Program-made: the position numbers and the translations under genes
Shown here: in pieces, positions 8,793 to 18,014 of the stretch
Layout of the letters: each line of letters opens with the position of its first letter
Numbering within the stretch: the first letter of the stretch is position 1
Source: an uncultured Nitrososphaerota archaeon
GTDB taxonomy: Archaea; Thermoproteota; Nitrososphaeria; Nitrososphaerales; Gagatemarchaeaceae
Direction: 5' to 3'
Length of the DNA: 64,000 nt
Assembly: GCA_963718895.1 (NCBI GenBank)
Contig: CAVRAG010000008.1
Span: 1,344,001 to 1,408,000 of the forward strand
The notes under the pieces: model-generated
What the model was told of the DNA's origin: nothing
Databases searched by the model: none
Seen by the model: only the letters and a program-made list of their open reading frames with translations

Positions 8793-9962
8793 CTAGAGGT
8801 TCTTCCGCATCCTCCGAACGGCCTCCTTCAGGGTCGCATCCTTCTTTGTGAAGGTGAAGCGGACCTTGCTCCTGCCGGCCTCTCTGTTCGCGTAGAAGCT
8901 GGAGGCAGGAACCGCGGCCACCCCGACCTTCCGGGCAAGGTCATTGGCGAACGCGAAGTCGTCGAGGCTGCTTATCCCGCTAAAGTCGGCGAGTATGTAG
9001 TATGCCCCCTCCGGTCTGAAGCAAGAGAACCCCAGCTCCTGGAGCGACTTGAGCATGAAGAGCCTTTTCTCGTCGTAGGAGGCTGCGAGTTCACGGTAGT
9101 AGGAGTCGGGCAGGCCCAGAGCCGTGACCGCTGCGCGTTGGAGAGGCGTGGCCGCGCAGACCGTCAGATAGTCGTGCACCGTCCTCAGCGCGGCGGTCAG
9201 GTTCTTCTCGGCAATCGCATACCCGATCCGCCATCCCGTTATACTGAAGGTCTTCGAAAAACCTGACACCGTGATCGTCCTCTCGTGCATATCACCCATC
9301 GAAGCGAGGCTCACATGACTCTTCCCGTCGTATACTATGTGCTCGTAGATCTCGTCGGTGATCGCTAGTACGTCGTAGTCTTGGCAGAGGTCCGCGACGG
9401 CGCCCAGCTCCTTCTTCGAGTAGACCCTTCCGGTGGGGTTGTTCGGAGTGTTTAGCAGGATCGCCTTGGGCCTCTGGCTGAAGGCCACCTTGAGGTCTTC
9501 CTCCGCCAGGGTGTAGCCCGGCTCTCGTGACCTGACGTGGATCGCTCTCGCTCCCGAGAGTATGGTGGCTGGGATGTAGCACTCGTAGAATGGTTCAGGG
9601 ATTATGACTCCGTCCCCCGGATCGGTGAACGCCATCACTGCCGCGGTGAGCGCTTCGGTGGAACCGCAGGTGACCGTGACGCCGTCGGCGTCCGTGTTTA
9701 TCCCGTTGAAACTCCTAACCTTCGCGGCTATCGCCTCCCTGAGCTCTCGGGACCCCATGGTCATCTCGTACTGGTTGTGGTCCCCCCTTATCGCCGCGGC
9801 CGCGGCCCGCTTGACCGCGAGCGGAGCCGGGAAGTCGGGTGAGCCCTGGGCGAGGTTGATCGCGCCCACCCTCTCCGCCAGCAGGGACATGTCCCGGATC
9901 GCCGAGTCGGCGAAGAGTCCCAGCCTCCGCGAGCCGAACCTTCGCCTCGAACTCGTCTTCAA
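8793..9962 (-). CDS. PLP-dependent aminotransferase class I/II
   Basis: INLAQGSPDF, NTPNNPTG, DEIY, SKTFSITGWRIG; start reassigned to TTG 9962 with TTAAATA upstream. Confidence 0.9.
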   Translation of the reverse strand: MKTSSRRRFGSRRLGLFADSAIRDMSLLAERVGAINLAQGSPDFPAPLAVKRAAAAAIRGDHNQYEMTMGSRELREAIAAKVRSFNGINTDADGVTVTCGSTEALTAAVMAFTDPGDGVIIPEPFYECYIPATILSGARAIHVRSREPGYTLAEEDLKVAFSQRPKAILLNTPNNPTGRVYSKKELGAVADLCQDYDVLAITDEIYEHIVYDGKSHVSLASMGDMHERTITVSGFSKTFSITGWRIGYAIAEKNLTAALRTVHDYLTVCAATPLQRAAVTALGLPDSYYRELAASYDEKRLFMLKSLQELGFSCFRPEGAYYILADFSGISSLDDFAFANDLARKVGVAAVPASSFYANREAGRSKVRFTFTKKDATLKEAVRRMRKNL

Positions 9963-10050
9963 GAGACCGCACGTACCCAACGGGGCGTATTTAATCTGAA
10001 ATCTCGGCCATCTTCTTGATAAGCCACACCGTGGATACGGCAAGGCGCGC

Positions 10051-11169
10051 TTGCTAACAGGTTTCGCGACGACAGAGGGGACTCTGAAGTACAGGGAGAG
10101 GGCGGTTAAGGACGGGGTGAATCCCGGCCATTTCCGCTCCTTCAACTCGCTGTCAATGTCCTCTCTGGGTGTGGGCACCTATCTGGGCGACACGGACTCC
10201 GCCACCGACCAGCTCGTGGAAGAGGCGGTCCGCGAATCGGTGCTCTCGGGCGCTGTCAACGTCATCGACACGGCGATAAACTACCGGATGCAGAAGGCCG
10301 AGCGTTCGATCGGCCGGGCGCTTGAGCGCCTCTCGGGCGAGGGCTCGGTCGGGAGAGAGGAGCTCTTCATCGCGACGAAGAACGGCTATCTCGCCTCGGA
10401 CGGCGACATGACCAAGGACTTTTGGAGGTACATCCAGGAAGAGTACATACGGCCCGGGAAGCTCAAGGTTGACGAGATAGCCGGCGAGGTCCACTCGATG
10501 GCCCCCAAGTTCCTGCTCGACCAGCTCGGTCGCAGCCGGAGGAACATGGGGCTGGAGTGCGTGGACCTGGTCTACCTCCACAACGCCGCCGAATCATGGA
10601 TACCCGAAATCGGGTACAGGAGGTTCCTAGAGCGGGTCGCCGACGTCTTCTCGCTCTACGAGAAGGAGAGGAGCGAGGGGAGGCTGAAGTACTACGGAAT
10701 CGCCTCCTGGACCTGCTTCAGGGTCCCAAGGGGAGACCCCGAGCACGCCAGCCTAGACGACCTGGTCGAGGTCGCGAAGAACGCCGGCGGGGACGAGCAC
10801 GGGTTCAGGTTCATCGAGCTGCCGTTCAACCCCGGGATGAGCGAGGCCCTCTCCGCCAAGAGCCAGAGGATAGCTGACGAGCCGCTCACCGCGTTCGAGG
10901 CGGCTGAGAAGCTCGGACTGGGTGCCTTCACCAGCGCCCCGCTGGGAGAGGGCAGGCTGCTGAACCACACGAGGGTCCCCGAGCTCGAGGGCTCCAGGGC
11001 GCTCTCGCTTCTCCAGTTCGCGCGGTCCGCTCACCCAGCTGTGGTCGCGCCTCTTGTGGGGCAGAAGGACCCGGCGCACGTGCGCGAGAACCTCAGAATC
11101 GGACGGATCCCTCCCCTGACGGGCGAGGAGTTCGCAAAGAACTACGGCGCCCTCCTCGAGAAAGGCTAA
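10051..11169 (+). CDS. Aldo/keto reductase
   Basis: GVGTYLG, IDTAINY, ATKNG, DLVYLHN. Confidence 0.9.
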   Translation: MLTGFATTEGTLKYRERAVKDGVNPGHFRSFNSLSMSSLGVGTYLGDTDSATDQLVEEAVRESVLSGAVNVIDTAINYRMQKAERSIGRALERLSGEGSVGREELFIATKNGYLASDGDMTKDFWRYIQEEYIRPGKLKVDEIAGEVHSMAPKFLLDQLGRSRRNMGLECVDLVYLHNAAESWIPEIGYRRFLERVADVFSLYEKERSEGRLKYYGIASWTCFRVPRGDPEHASLDDLVEVAKNAGGDEHGFRFIELPFNPGMSEALSAKSQRIADEPLTAFEAAEKLGLGAFTSAPLGEGRLLNHTRVPELEGSRALSLLQFARSAHPAVVAPLVGQKDPAHVRENLRIGRIPPLTGEEFAKNYGALLEKG

Positions 11170-11196
11170 ATCACTTGCCGCCAATCCCGCAACCGG

Positions 11197-11439
11197 TTGA
11201 AGCCGGTCCCGCTGCTCCTCGCCCTAGTCGGAGTGCTGCTGGTGCTGGCCGGGTCAGTCTTCGTCCTGCAGGGGATGGGCATCGTCGGGCCGGACTACTC
11301 TTTCATGTTCAACAACCCGACCTGGATATACCAGGGCGTCGCCGTGATCGCCATAGGGGTCCTCGCCCTGGGCGGAGGGCTCTTCCTGTCCTGGAAGCAG
11401 AAGACCCGGGGTCCGCAGAACGGGACCGCGACCCGATGA
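11197..11439 (+). CDS. Small two-TM membrane protein
   Basis: Two hydrophobic helices around LQGMGIVGP.SFM...W. Confidence 0.75.
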   Translation: MKPVPLLLALVGVLLVLAGSVFVLQGMGIVGPDYSFMFNNPTWIYQGVAVIAIGVLALGGGLFLSWKQKTRGPQNGTATR

Positions 11440-11518
11440 AAGGATCGGGGTGGGGCGCCTACAGGGAGCCCCTCAGTTCAGCGCGTGGAAACATCGGGCG
11501 GTGAGACCATCCTGGGTC

Positions 11519-12481
11519 TCACCTTCGTCTCGTCAGAAGGGGTGTGGGCGTCTCTGCCAGGCGTATGTCTGCCTCGTATGTCGTGCCGGTCCTTACGAAG
11601 CTCACGGTCACCCGCTCGCCTATCGCGGACTTGGAGAGGGCGGTCACGAGCCCCTTCATCTGCTCGACCTTGTTCTCTCCGATGCCCACGACGATATCAC
11701 CCTCGCGGAGCCCGGCAGCGTGCGCTGGGCTGTCCCTCATCACCTCTGCGAGGAGGACGCCAGACTCGACAGAGAGCCCGTAACGTCTCGCGATGGAGGG
11801 GTTGATGTCGAGTCCGGAGACGCCGAGCCAGGGCCTCACCACCCTGCCGTGCTTTGAGATTTGGTCGATGATCCTCTTGATCGTGTCTGAGGGTATCGCA
11901 AAGCCCACGCCCTGAGCGAAGGGAATCATCGCGGTGTTCATGCCGATGACCCTTCCTTCGAGGTCTGCGAGCGGTCCGCCGCTGTTGCCGGGATTGATGG
12001 CCGCGTCGGTCTGGACTAGGCCTTCGAGGACGAAATCGGTACCCGGAAGGGGACGACCCAGGGCGCTGATGACGCCCATCGAGACCGTCGGTGCGCCGGG
12101 CAGACCCAGGGCGTTGCCTATCGCCAGGACGAACTGCCCCACCTTGAGGGACTCGGAGTCGCCGAGCATGGCAGACGGTAGGTTCTCGGCGTTCACTCTT
12201 ACCAGCGCCACGTCGGTGGCCGGGTCCGAACCGATAACCTCGCCGACGAGCGACCTTCCGTCCTTGAGATGGACCTGGACCTTGGAGGCGTCGTCTATCA
12301 CGTGGTGGTTGGTGACGATCGTGCCCCGCGGGTCTATGATGACCCCGGAACCCTGTCCCTCAATCGGCACCAGTCCGAACCTGTTGTCGCGGGTGAGCTT
12401 TGTGCTGTCGATGCCGACGACGCTCTCACTGAGCTTCTCGATAGCGCCGGTGACCTGGCTCTCCAGAGCGGTCAGGGGCAT
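11519..12481 (-). CDS. HtrA/DegP-like trypsin serine protease with PDZ domain (no signal anchor)
   Basis: GSG, TNHHV, DVAL, QTDAAINPGNSGGPL, C-terminal PDZ. Confidence 0.93.
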   Translation of the reverse strand: MPLTALESQVTGAIEKLSESVVGIDSTKLTRDNRFGLVPIEGQGSGVIIDPRGTIVTNHHVIDDASKVQVHLKDGRSLVGEVIGSDPATDVALVRVNAENLPSAMLGDSESLKVGQFVLAIGNALGLPGAPTVSMGVISALGRPLPGTDFVLEGLVQTDAAINPGNSGGPLADLEGRVIGMNTAMIPFAQGVGFAIPSDTIKRIIDQISKHGRVVRPWLGVSGLDINPSIARRYGLSVESGVLLAEVMRDSPAHAAGLREGDIVVGIGENKVEQMKGLVTALSKSAIGERVTVSFVRTGTTYEADIRLAETPTPLLTRRR

Positions 12482-12561
12482 CTTCTCACCACGGGGGCCG
12501 CACGGGCGGTCCTGGTTCCGGAATCGACGGGCCCGGAGCGGGGCCTCTGGGATCCATCATC

Positions 12562-13482
12562 TCACTCGCTCTCCGGGGCCGAGCCCGGCGTGATCGAGAG
12601 CACCTCGACCTTTCCCCCGCGCAGGACCTTCACCTTGAGGGGTTTCCCTATCTTCTCCTCGGTCAGGAGCCTCTTCAGGTCATGGAACCCGGTGGTTGGG
12701 CTCCCGTCCAGCCCGAGCACCACGTCGCCGAACGCCAGTCCGCCGGTCTTCGCGGCGCTGCCGGCCTCGACTGATAGGACGATTAGCCCAGACTCCTGGT
12801 CAATCCCGGTGCCCTTTGCCACGTCCTCCGGAATCGGGATCGGGTGGGAGACTATCCCCAGATAGGCGCGTCCGACCGACTTTCCGGATGCTAGCTTCTC
12901 GACCGTCGCCGAGACCCTCTTGATCGGGACTGCGATCCCCCTTGAAGACATGTAGGCGATGTTCAGGGCGACCATTCTTCCTGAGGCGTCGACGAGCGGT
13001 CCGCCCGAGTATCCGGGGTTCAGCCTTGCGTCGGTCACCACCGCGTCCTCGATGCCGGCGCCCCACCACCCGCCGATGCTGCGCTTCACGCTGGTGATTA
13101 TGCCGGACGTGGCGCTCGCCTTCGTCGCGTAGGGATTCGCCAGTGCCAGGACGAACTGGCCGATTCTGAGGGACTCGGAGTCGCCCTTCGCGATGGGGGA
13201 GAGCTTGGCCTCCACCTTCAGGAGCGCGAGGTCAGAGGTGCTGTCCCGGCCGACGACCTTTGCGGTGAAGGTCTCGCCGCTGTTGGAGCCGACCTCCACC
13301 TCCTCGAGACCCTGGACAACGTGGTAGGCTGTGACGATGTGTCCCTGGTCGTCCCAGACGATTCCCGTTCCGTTTCTTCCGTCGGAGCTGACGCTCACGA
13401 CAGAAGGGCTGACGGTCTCAGCGACGCTTTCGACGGCGCTTGAGAACGTCTCTAGTATTCCAACCGAACTTGTATTGCTCAT
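12562..13482 (-). CDS. Second HtrA-like S1C protease with PDZ domain
   Basis: TAYHVV, SDLALL, DARLNPGYSGGPL, PDZ. Confidence 0.9.
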   Translation of the reverse strand: MSNTSSVGILETFSSAVESVAETVSPSVVSVSSDGRNGTGIVWDDQGHIVTAYHVVQGLEEVEVGSNSGETFTAKVVGRDSTSDLALLKVEAKLSPIAKGDSESLRIGQFVLALANPYATKASATSGIITSVKRSIGGWWGAGIEDAVVTDARLNPGYSGGPLVDASGRMVALNIAYMSSRGIAVPIKRVSATVEKLASGKSVGRAYLGIVSHPIPIPEDVAKGTGIDQESGLIVLSVEAGSAAKTGGLAFGDVVLGLDGSPTTGFHDLKRLLTEEKIGKPLKVKVLRGGKVEVLSITPGSAPESE

Positions 13483-13554
13483 GCTTTTTGAGTCACTAAG
13501 GGTGTGAAGAAGAGACGTGTACTTGTTGACTGGGATTTCCGGAACCCAGTCACA

Positions 13555-14178
13555 CTAGTTGGGAATCAGGAGCGACTCGCCTAGCGAGTAGTAGGCTACC
13601 CTCTGGTTGGGCACCGAGGGATAGACCTTCGAGATGTACCCCACGAGCTGGTGCGACGCCCTTATCGCATCCGTGAGGTCCTTCCCTTCCTTGATGCGGC
13701 CCTCGATGGTAAGCTCTCCTCCCGAGAAGATCGCGTCGACCTGGATTGACCCGTCCTCGGTGATCCACTTCATGCTCGTCCCCTTCTCGTCCTCGGAGTA
13801 GCCCAGCCAACGGAGCGGTCCGAACCACCGGCCCCTCAGGTTCGAGACCGCCTCCCGCGGGTTCTCGACGTGGGGAAGCAGCGTCCTGAGAAGCGTGAGC
13901 CTCGGCTCCGAGGCGGCCAGCTGGCGCAGGCTGGTTACCTCCCTTCCCCTCTCGGTGACCTGGTATCCCTGCTCCGTCTTCTCGAGGATCCTCTGGTCCT
14001 CGAGCCTGTCGAGGATCCTGGAGAGCGTCTCCGAGTGAGCCCCAAGCCTCCTCTTCAGACCCTCGAACGTGAACCCGAGCAAAGCCTCCTCTCCTATGAA
14101 ACGCAAGACCTCCATGTCTCTGGGGCCGATCTCCAGGTCATGCAGGTTTTCCCTCTGTGCTCCGCGCATCTGGTTCAC
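13555..14178 (-). CDS. Winged-helix domain protein (archaeal conserved)
   Basis: FEGLKRRLGAHSETLSRILDRLE wHTH followed by an LRGRWFG..RW domain. Confidence 0.8.
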   Translation of the reverse strand: MNQMRGAQRENLHDLEIGPRDMEVLRFIGEEALLGFTFEGLKRRLGAHSETLSRILDRLEDQRILEKTEQGYQVTERGREVTSLRQLAASEPRLTLLRTLLPHVENPREAVSNLRGRWFGPLRWLGYSEDEKGTSMKWITEDGSIQVDAIFSGGELTIEGRIKEGKDLTDAIRASHQLVGYISKVYPSVPNQRVAYYSLGESLLIPN

Positions 14179-14245
14179 GGGATGTTAGGTCGCAGTCGTA
14201 TTTATATATGTAGTAGTTGCATGAGGCTAAGTAGGTAATCCTGAC

Positions 14246-14605
14246 TTGAGCAAGTCCGTGCAGATTAACCGAGAAGTCCTCGATTCCTGCAAGGTGATTC
14301 ACGCATCGTGGAACGAGCTCACCAAGGTCTGGACCCTCCCGGTCATCCACGCGCTGGGACTCCAGGAGCCGGCGAGGTTCAACGAACTGAAGCGCAGGAT
14401 AGAGGGGATAAGCGCCACCAGCCTCGCGGAGAGGCTGGGCGAGCTCGAGAAGCAAGGGGTAGTCGCCCGCAGGGTCTTTCCGGAGAGGAGTCCTCCCCGC
14501 GTCGAGTACACACTGACCGCCAAGGGTCTGGAGCTGAAGGAGATCTTGAAGGAGCTCGGCGAGTGGGCCATAAAGTGGTCGCCCCGGCCCAGCGTACCAC
14601 AGTGA
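14246..14605 (+). CDS. HxlR-family transcriptional regulator
   Basis: RFNELKRRIEGIS...L.ERL.ELE..G.V.R...PPRVEYTLT.KG. Confidence 0.92.
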   Translation: MSKSVQINREVLDSCKVIHASWNELTKVWTLPVIHALGLQEPARFNELKRRIEGISATSLAERLGELEKQGVVARRVFPERSPPRVEYTLTAKGLELKEILKELGEWAIKWSPRPSVPQ

Positions 14606-14689
14606 CGCGGGCCGCGCGTCAGTGACGGGGGCCTTCCAAGTCCTCGACCCGAAATATGTAAGAGGGCCTTTTCGCCGACTTCGGCCATC

Positions 14690-15178
14690 ATGGGAAGCAC
14701 AGGCAACGGAGCGAAGGCCGGGCTCGTTGCGGGCGTAGGCTACGGCGCGATTCTCGGAGTCGTCAGCTACTTCACGCTCCTATCGATCAAGAGCACCGTC
14801 ATCACGACCATCACCAACAGCCTGCCCGCCAACTCCCCGTTCACCCCTGACCAGATCTTCGGCATCGCCCTGCTTCTGGCTCCCGTCTTCGTCGTGATCT
14901 TCGGGCTAGTCGGCGGCCTGATACTGGGTGCGATCTACGGCAAAGTGCTCGAGAGGATCCCCGGCGGGACGCCCGTGATCAAAGGTATCATATTCGGCGC
15001 GGTGCTATGGCTTCTGGTCAGCGTTCTGGGAGGACTTGGCGACCTCGGAAGCTACGGGGCCGAGTACTACCTGGCCAACATAGGGGCGGGGCTGCTGGGA
15101 GCCCTGGCCTTCGGAGTCCTGCTGGGTTACTTCTACACCAGGTTCACCAAGCCCAAAGAGACCTACGAGATGACCTGA
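14690..15178 (+). CDS. Four-TM membrane protein
   Basis: Four Gly-rich hydrophobic segments. Confidence 0.8.
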   Translation: MGSTGNGAKAGLVAGVGYGAILGVVSYFTLLSIKSTVITTITNSLPANSPFTPDQIFGIALLLAPVFVVIFGLVGGLILGAIYGKVLERIPGGTPVIKGIIFGAVLWLLVSVLGGLGDLGSYGAEYYLANIGAGLLGALAFGVLLGYFYTRFTKPKETYEMT

Positions 15179-15204
15179 GGCGGCCGGGGTTCCCGGGAGG
15201 CCGT

Positions 15205-15601
15205 CTAGCCCTCTTTGTGGGAGGATTCTGCGAGTAATCTCGCCGCGACCGCGTTGTACGACTGAATGAAGTCGACTGCGAACGTATCTGCGTACTTCTC
15301 GGTCCCCCTGTGCTCTCCGGCAAACTGCCGCAGATGATGGTAGAACTCGTGCAGGATGGTGAAGGGGTCGTATAGATACTCTCGTTTTGCCGCCAGTATC
15401 TCCTTCCTGTTCGCGGAGTAGACCGCCAGGACGCCCTTCGACCGCCCCTTGACCACCCCCACCCCGAGCTTGGGTCTCTCGACCCTGTAGTGCTCGCATA
15501 GTAGGTCGAGCGCGCCTTCGGGATTGGAGTCCAGTATCGTCGCTACGACGAGAGCCCTGAACTGCTCCTCAGACTCGTCCCCAGCAGGCGTAGCCCCTCA
15601 T
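15205..15601 (-). CDS. HExxH (HEFYH) hypothetical metalloprotein; start codon out of frame or non-canonical
   Basis: Frame is open from 15597 (...EEQFRALVVATILDSNPEGALDLLCEHY...ILHEFYHHLR...EKYAD); nearest ATG (15601) is one base out of frame. Confidence 0.7.
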
Positions 15602-15607
15602 CCGCCG

Positions 15608-15886
15608 TCAGGCTTCGTCCATGGTGAACGTGAATCGAGCGCCTGCGAACTCCCCTGTGCCGGTCCTCTCCCAGGTCACCCTGTAAGACTTTGTGACCTG
15701 CTTCCCGATTACGCTAACCTGACCCGGGAGCTCGGTGAAGAGACGTTCGACCTTGTCCGGATCCTTCGTGGAGAGGAGGCTCCTCCTCCTCTTCATCAGG
15801 TACTTTACGGCCACGTTCTTGTGTTCGTGCCCTTCCACCTCGAACTTCTCCTTTCCTGTGTCGATCGTAAAGGACCTCTTCGTCAA
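15608..15886 (-). CDS. Conserved thaumarchaeal-type hypothetical protein, 92 aa
   Basis: MTKRSFTIDTG...EHKNVAVKYLMKRRRSLL; TTG start at 15886; the longer ORF-track extension overlaps the next gene. Confidence 0.8.
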   Translation of the reverse strand: MTKRSFTIDTGKEKFEVEGHEHKNVAVKYLMKRRRSLLSTKDPDKVERLFTELPGQVSVIGKQVTKSYRVTWERTGTGEFAGARFTFTMDEA

Positions 15887-15967
15887 CGGGGGGATTCGCC
15901 GTCGTCTTCGATTAATGGGTTGTGGTCTCGAATGGTTTGAATAGAGCCGGCGGGCAAGCGGCGTCCA

Positions 15968-16951
15968 TTGAAAGCCAAGCTTCTCCTGGGACCATCCTTC
16001 CCAGAGGAAGAGCTCAAGAAGCTGACAAGGTACGCCGAGATCTACCGTCTGAGTGAGATGGGTGAGAAGGAACTCGACGCCGTTCTCCCTGTGGTGGACT
16101 GCCTGCTGGTCCATTTCTGGCCGGAGAGGCTGGACAGGACCAGGGTCTCCAAGATGAAACGGCTCTCCCTGATTCAGACTGGGCTTGCGGGCGTCAACCA
16201 CATACCCCTCGGGGACATCCCGAGGGATACTGTAGTCTGCAGCAACGCCGGCGGCTACTCTGACGAGGTCGGGGAGCACGCATGGGGTCTACTGCTCTCG
16301 GCCGGAAAGAGAATCGTGAGGTTGGATGGTGCGATGAGAAAGCGGGGCTTCAAGCCGGCGCCAGCTCTGGAGCTGGGCAGGGACATCCTGGTCCTGAAGG
16401 GCAGGACGCTGGGGATACTCGGCTACGGCGGCATCGGCAGGAAGGTCGCGGGGCTCGGGAAGGCATTTGGGATGAATGTCATGGCGTTCTCGAGAAGCAA
16501 CGCGGGCGATCCAGGGATAGTCTGCCTGCAGGGCAGGGCGGGCCTCGAGAGAGTGCTGAGGAAGTCGGATGCCCTGGTCCTGGCGCTTCCTCTCACCAAG
16601 CCGACGAGGGGCATGATCGGGGCGGCGGAGCTCGCGATGATGAAGGAGGATGCAATCCTTGTGAACGTCGCGCGGGCGGAGATTGTCGATGAAGGCGCGA
16701 TCTACAGGCGCCTCTCTGAGAGCAAGAGATTCATCTATGCCACCGACGTCTGGTGGACGAAGGACGGTAAGGAGTCGTTCTCCCCGGACCTGCCGTTCCT
16801 GAAGCTGGAGAACTTCATAGGAACGCCCCACGCCTCCGGACCCAGTGCTGCGGTGAGGAGCGGGCCGCAGAGGAGGGCGGTGGGGAACGTGCTGCGGTTC
16901 TTCAGAGGGGAGGAGCTCCTCAACGTTGTCGACAGGAGCGAGTACGTCTAG
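15968..16951 (+). CDS. D-isomer-specific 2-hydroxyacid dehydrogenase
   Basis: GYGGIG Rossmann motif, LPLT, NVARA, DVW, TPH. Confidence 0.92.
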   Translation: MKAKLLLGPSFPEEELKKLTRYAEIYRLSEMGEKELDAVLPVVDCLLVHFWPERLDRTRVSKMKRLSLIQTGLAGVNHIPLGDIPRDTVVCSNAGGYSDEVGEHAWGLLLSAGKRIVRLDGAMRKRGFKPAPALELGRDILVLKGRTLGILGYGGIGRKVAGLGKAFGMNVMAFSRSNAGDPGIVCLQGRAGLERVLRKSDALVLALPLTKPTRGMIGAAELAMMKEDAILVNVARAEIVDEGAIYRRLSESKRFIYATDVWWTKDGKESFSPDLPFLKLENFIGTPHASGPSAAVRSGPQRRAVGNVLRFFRGEELLNVVDRSEYV

Positions 16952-17755
16952 GCGGTCCGGGCGACGATCTTCTCCAGGATGGCGACGTCTCCTGGAAACT
17001 TCGCTCTCAGTCTGTTCTTCTTCAGATTCTGCCTGCAAATCCAGAGCAGGTCCGGATCGACTGCATCTGCCAGCTCCCTGAGGAACAGGAGCCCTTCCTT
17101 CGGAGCGGCCGCGGTGACCACGCTTATGGAGTAGGCGAGGCACTTCCGCAGGGCCACGAACCCCTCAGACCGCCGGTCCTCGGAACCGGCGACCCTGGCC
17201 AGGATTCCCCTGTGCAGGGCGAGCGCGGTCCCGGCGAACCCGGCGATCTTCATCAACTTCGGTTCGGCCACTCCCGCAGCAACGGCACGCATCTCGAGCC
17301 ATCCACCGTTCGAGACCCAGGTCTCGAGGTCTCTGACCGTTGCAGGCCTGTCGACGATCAAGCCCTGCAGCGACATCGCGACGGCCTCCCTCACCCTCCA
17401 CCGGGGGTCCGAGGCGAGCGACCTGAGCCTCGTCATGGCCATTGCAAAGTACGGGTCTGCCAATCCGCCAACCTGGCCGACTCCCCTCGCACCGCACATG
17501 GCGACGAACTCGTCGGGAGCGGTGCAGAGCCGAAGCGAGAGGTGCCAGAACTTCTCGGGTCCGTTCTGGGATGCCCTACGAAGCTCGCCGGAGAACTCTT
17601 CCAGCAGGCCAAGATTCCCCCTGGGACCCGGGAGGTTGCTGTTCGAAGAGAGATAGCGGGTAAGCGCCCCGGACTCGCCCTTCCGCGGATACGCCTCGAG
17701 GAATGATCTGACGGCGGAAGGACGGCCTTCTCGTCCCCTCAGCCCGGGTCACCAT
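16948..17755 (-). CDS. HEAT-repeat / DNA-alkylation-repair-like protein; 5' end needs a CTG start (17742) or a one-base correction
   Basis: Frame stays open well upstream of ATG 17499 through YLSSNSNLPGPRGNL; DPRWRVREAVAM HEAT-like repeat; ATG 17755 is one base out of frame. Confidence 0.72.
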
Positions 17756-17765
17756 CCTACGTGGG

Positions 17766-17921
17766 TCAGAGGCCCACTGCGGCCCAGACGTCGTCGTCGC
17801 TGTCGAGCTGCGTGTACCCGCATCTTTCGCACTTCCTCCCGACCAGGGTGGTCTCCTTCCCGCCAGACCCTACCTTCCTCTCGTACTCCACCATCAGGCC
17901 GGCGTGACAGCGCTCGCACAT
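17766..17921 (-). CDS. Small Zn-finger protein, 51 aa (not in ORF track)
   Basis: MCERCHAGLMVEYERKVGSGGKETTLVGRKCERCGYTQLDSDDDVWAAVGL*; TTAAA upstream. Confidence 0.8.
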   Translation of the reverse strand: MCERCHAGLMVEYERKVGSGGKETTLVGRKCERCGYTQLDSDDDVWAAVGL

Positions 17922-18014
17922 CAAGGGCGAACTCCGGCGGACGCCGAGGGGATTTGAACGTTTAAGTTGTAGGAGATGCAGCGACGCTCAAGGGCTCGTG
18001 GAGAACAGTCTAGC

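Noticed and set aside
14229-14247. Imperfect palindrome AAGTAGGTAATCCTGACTT at the HxlR start
   Set aside because: Plausible autoregulatory site but too degenerate to support without comparative data
17935-17960. GTTCAAATCCCC on the minus strand, resembling a tRNA 3' end or att site
   Set aside because: No 5' side of the T stem, no match to the tRNA-Arg 3' end, no integrase in the window; lies in a divergent promoter
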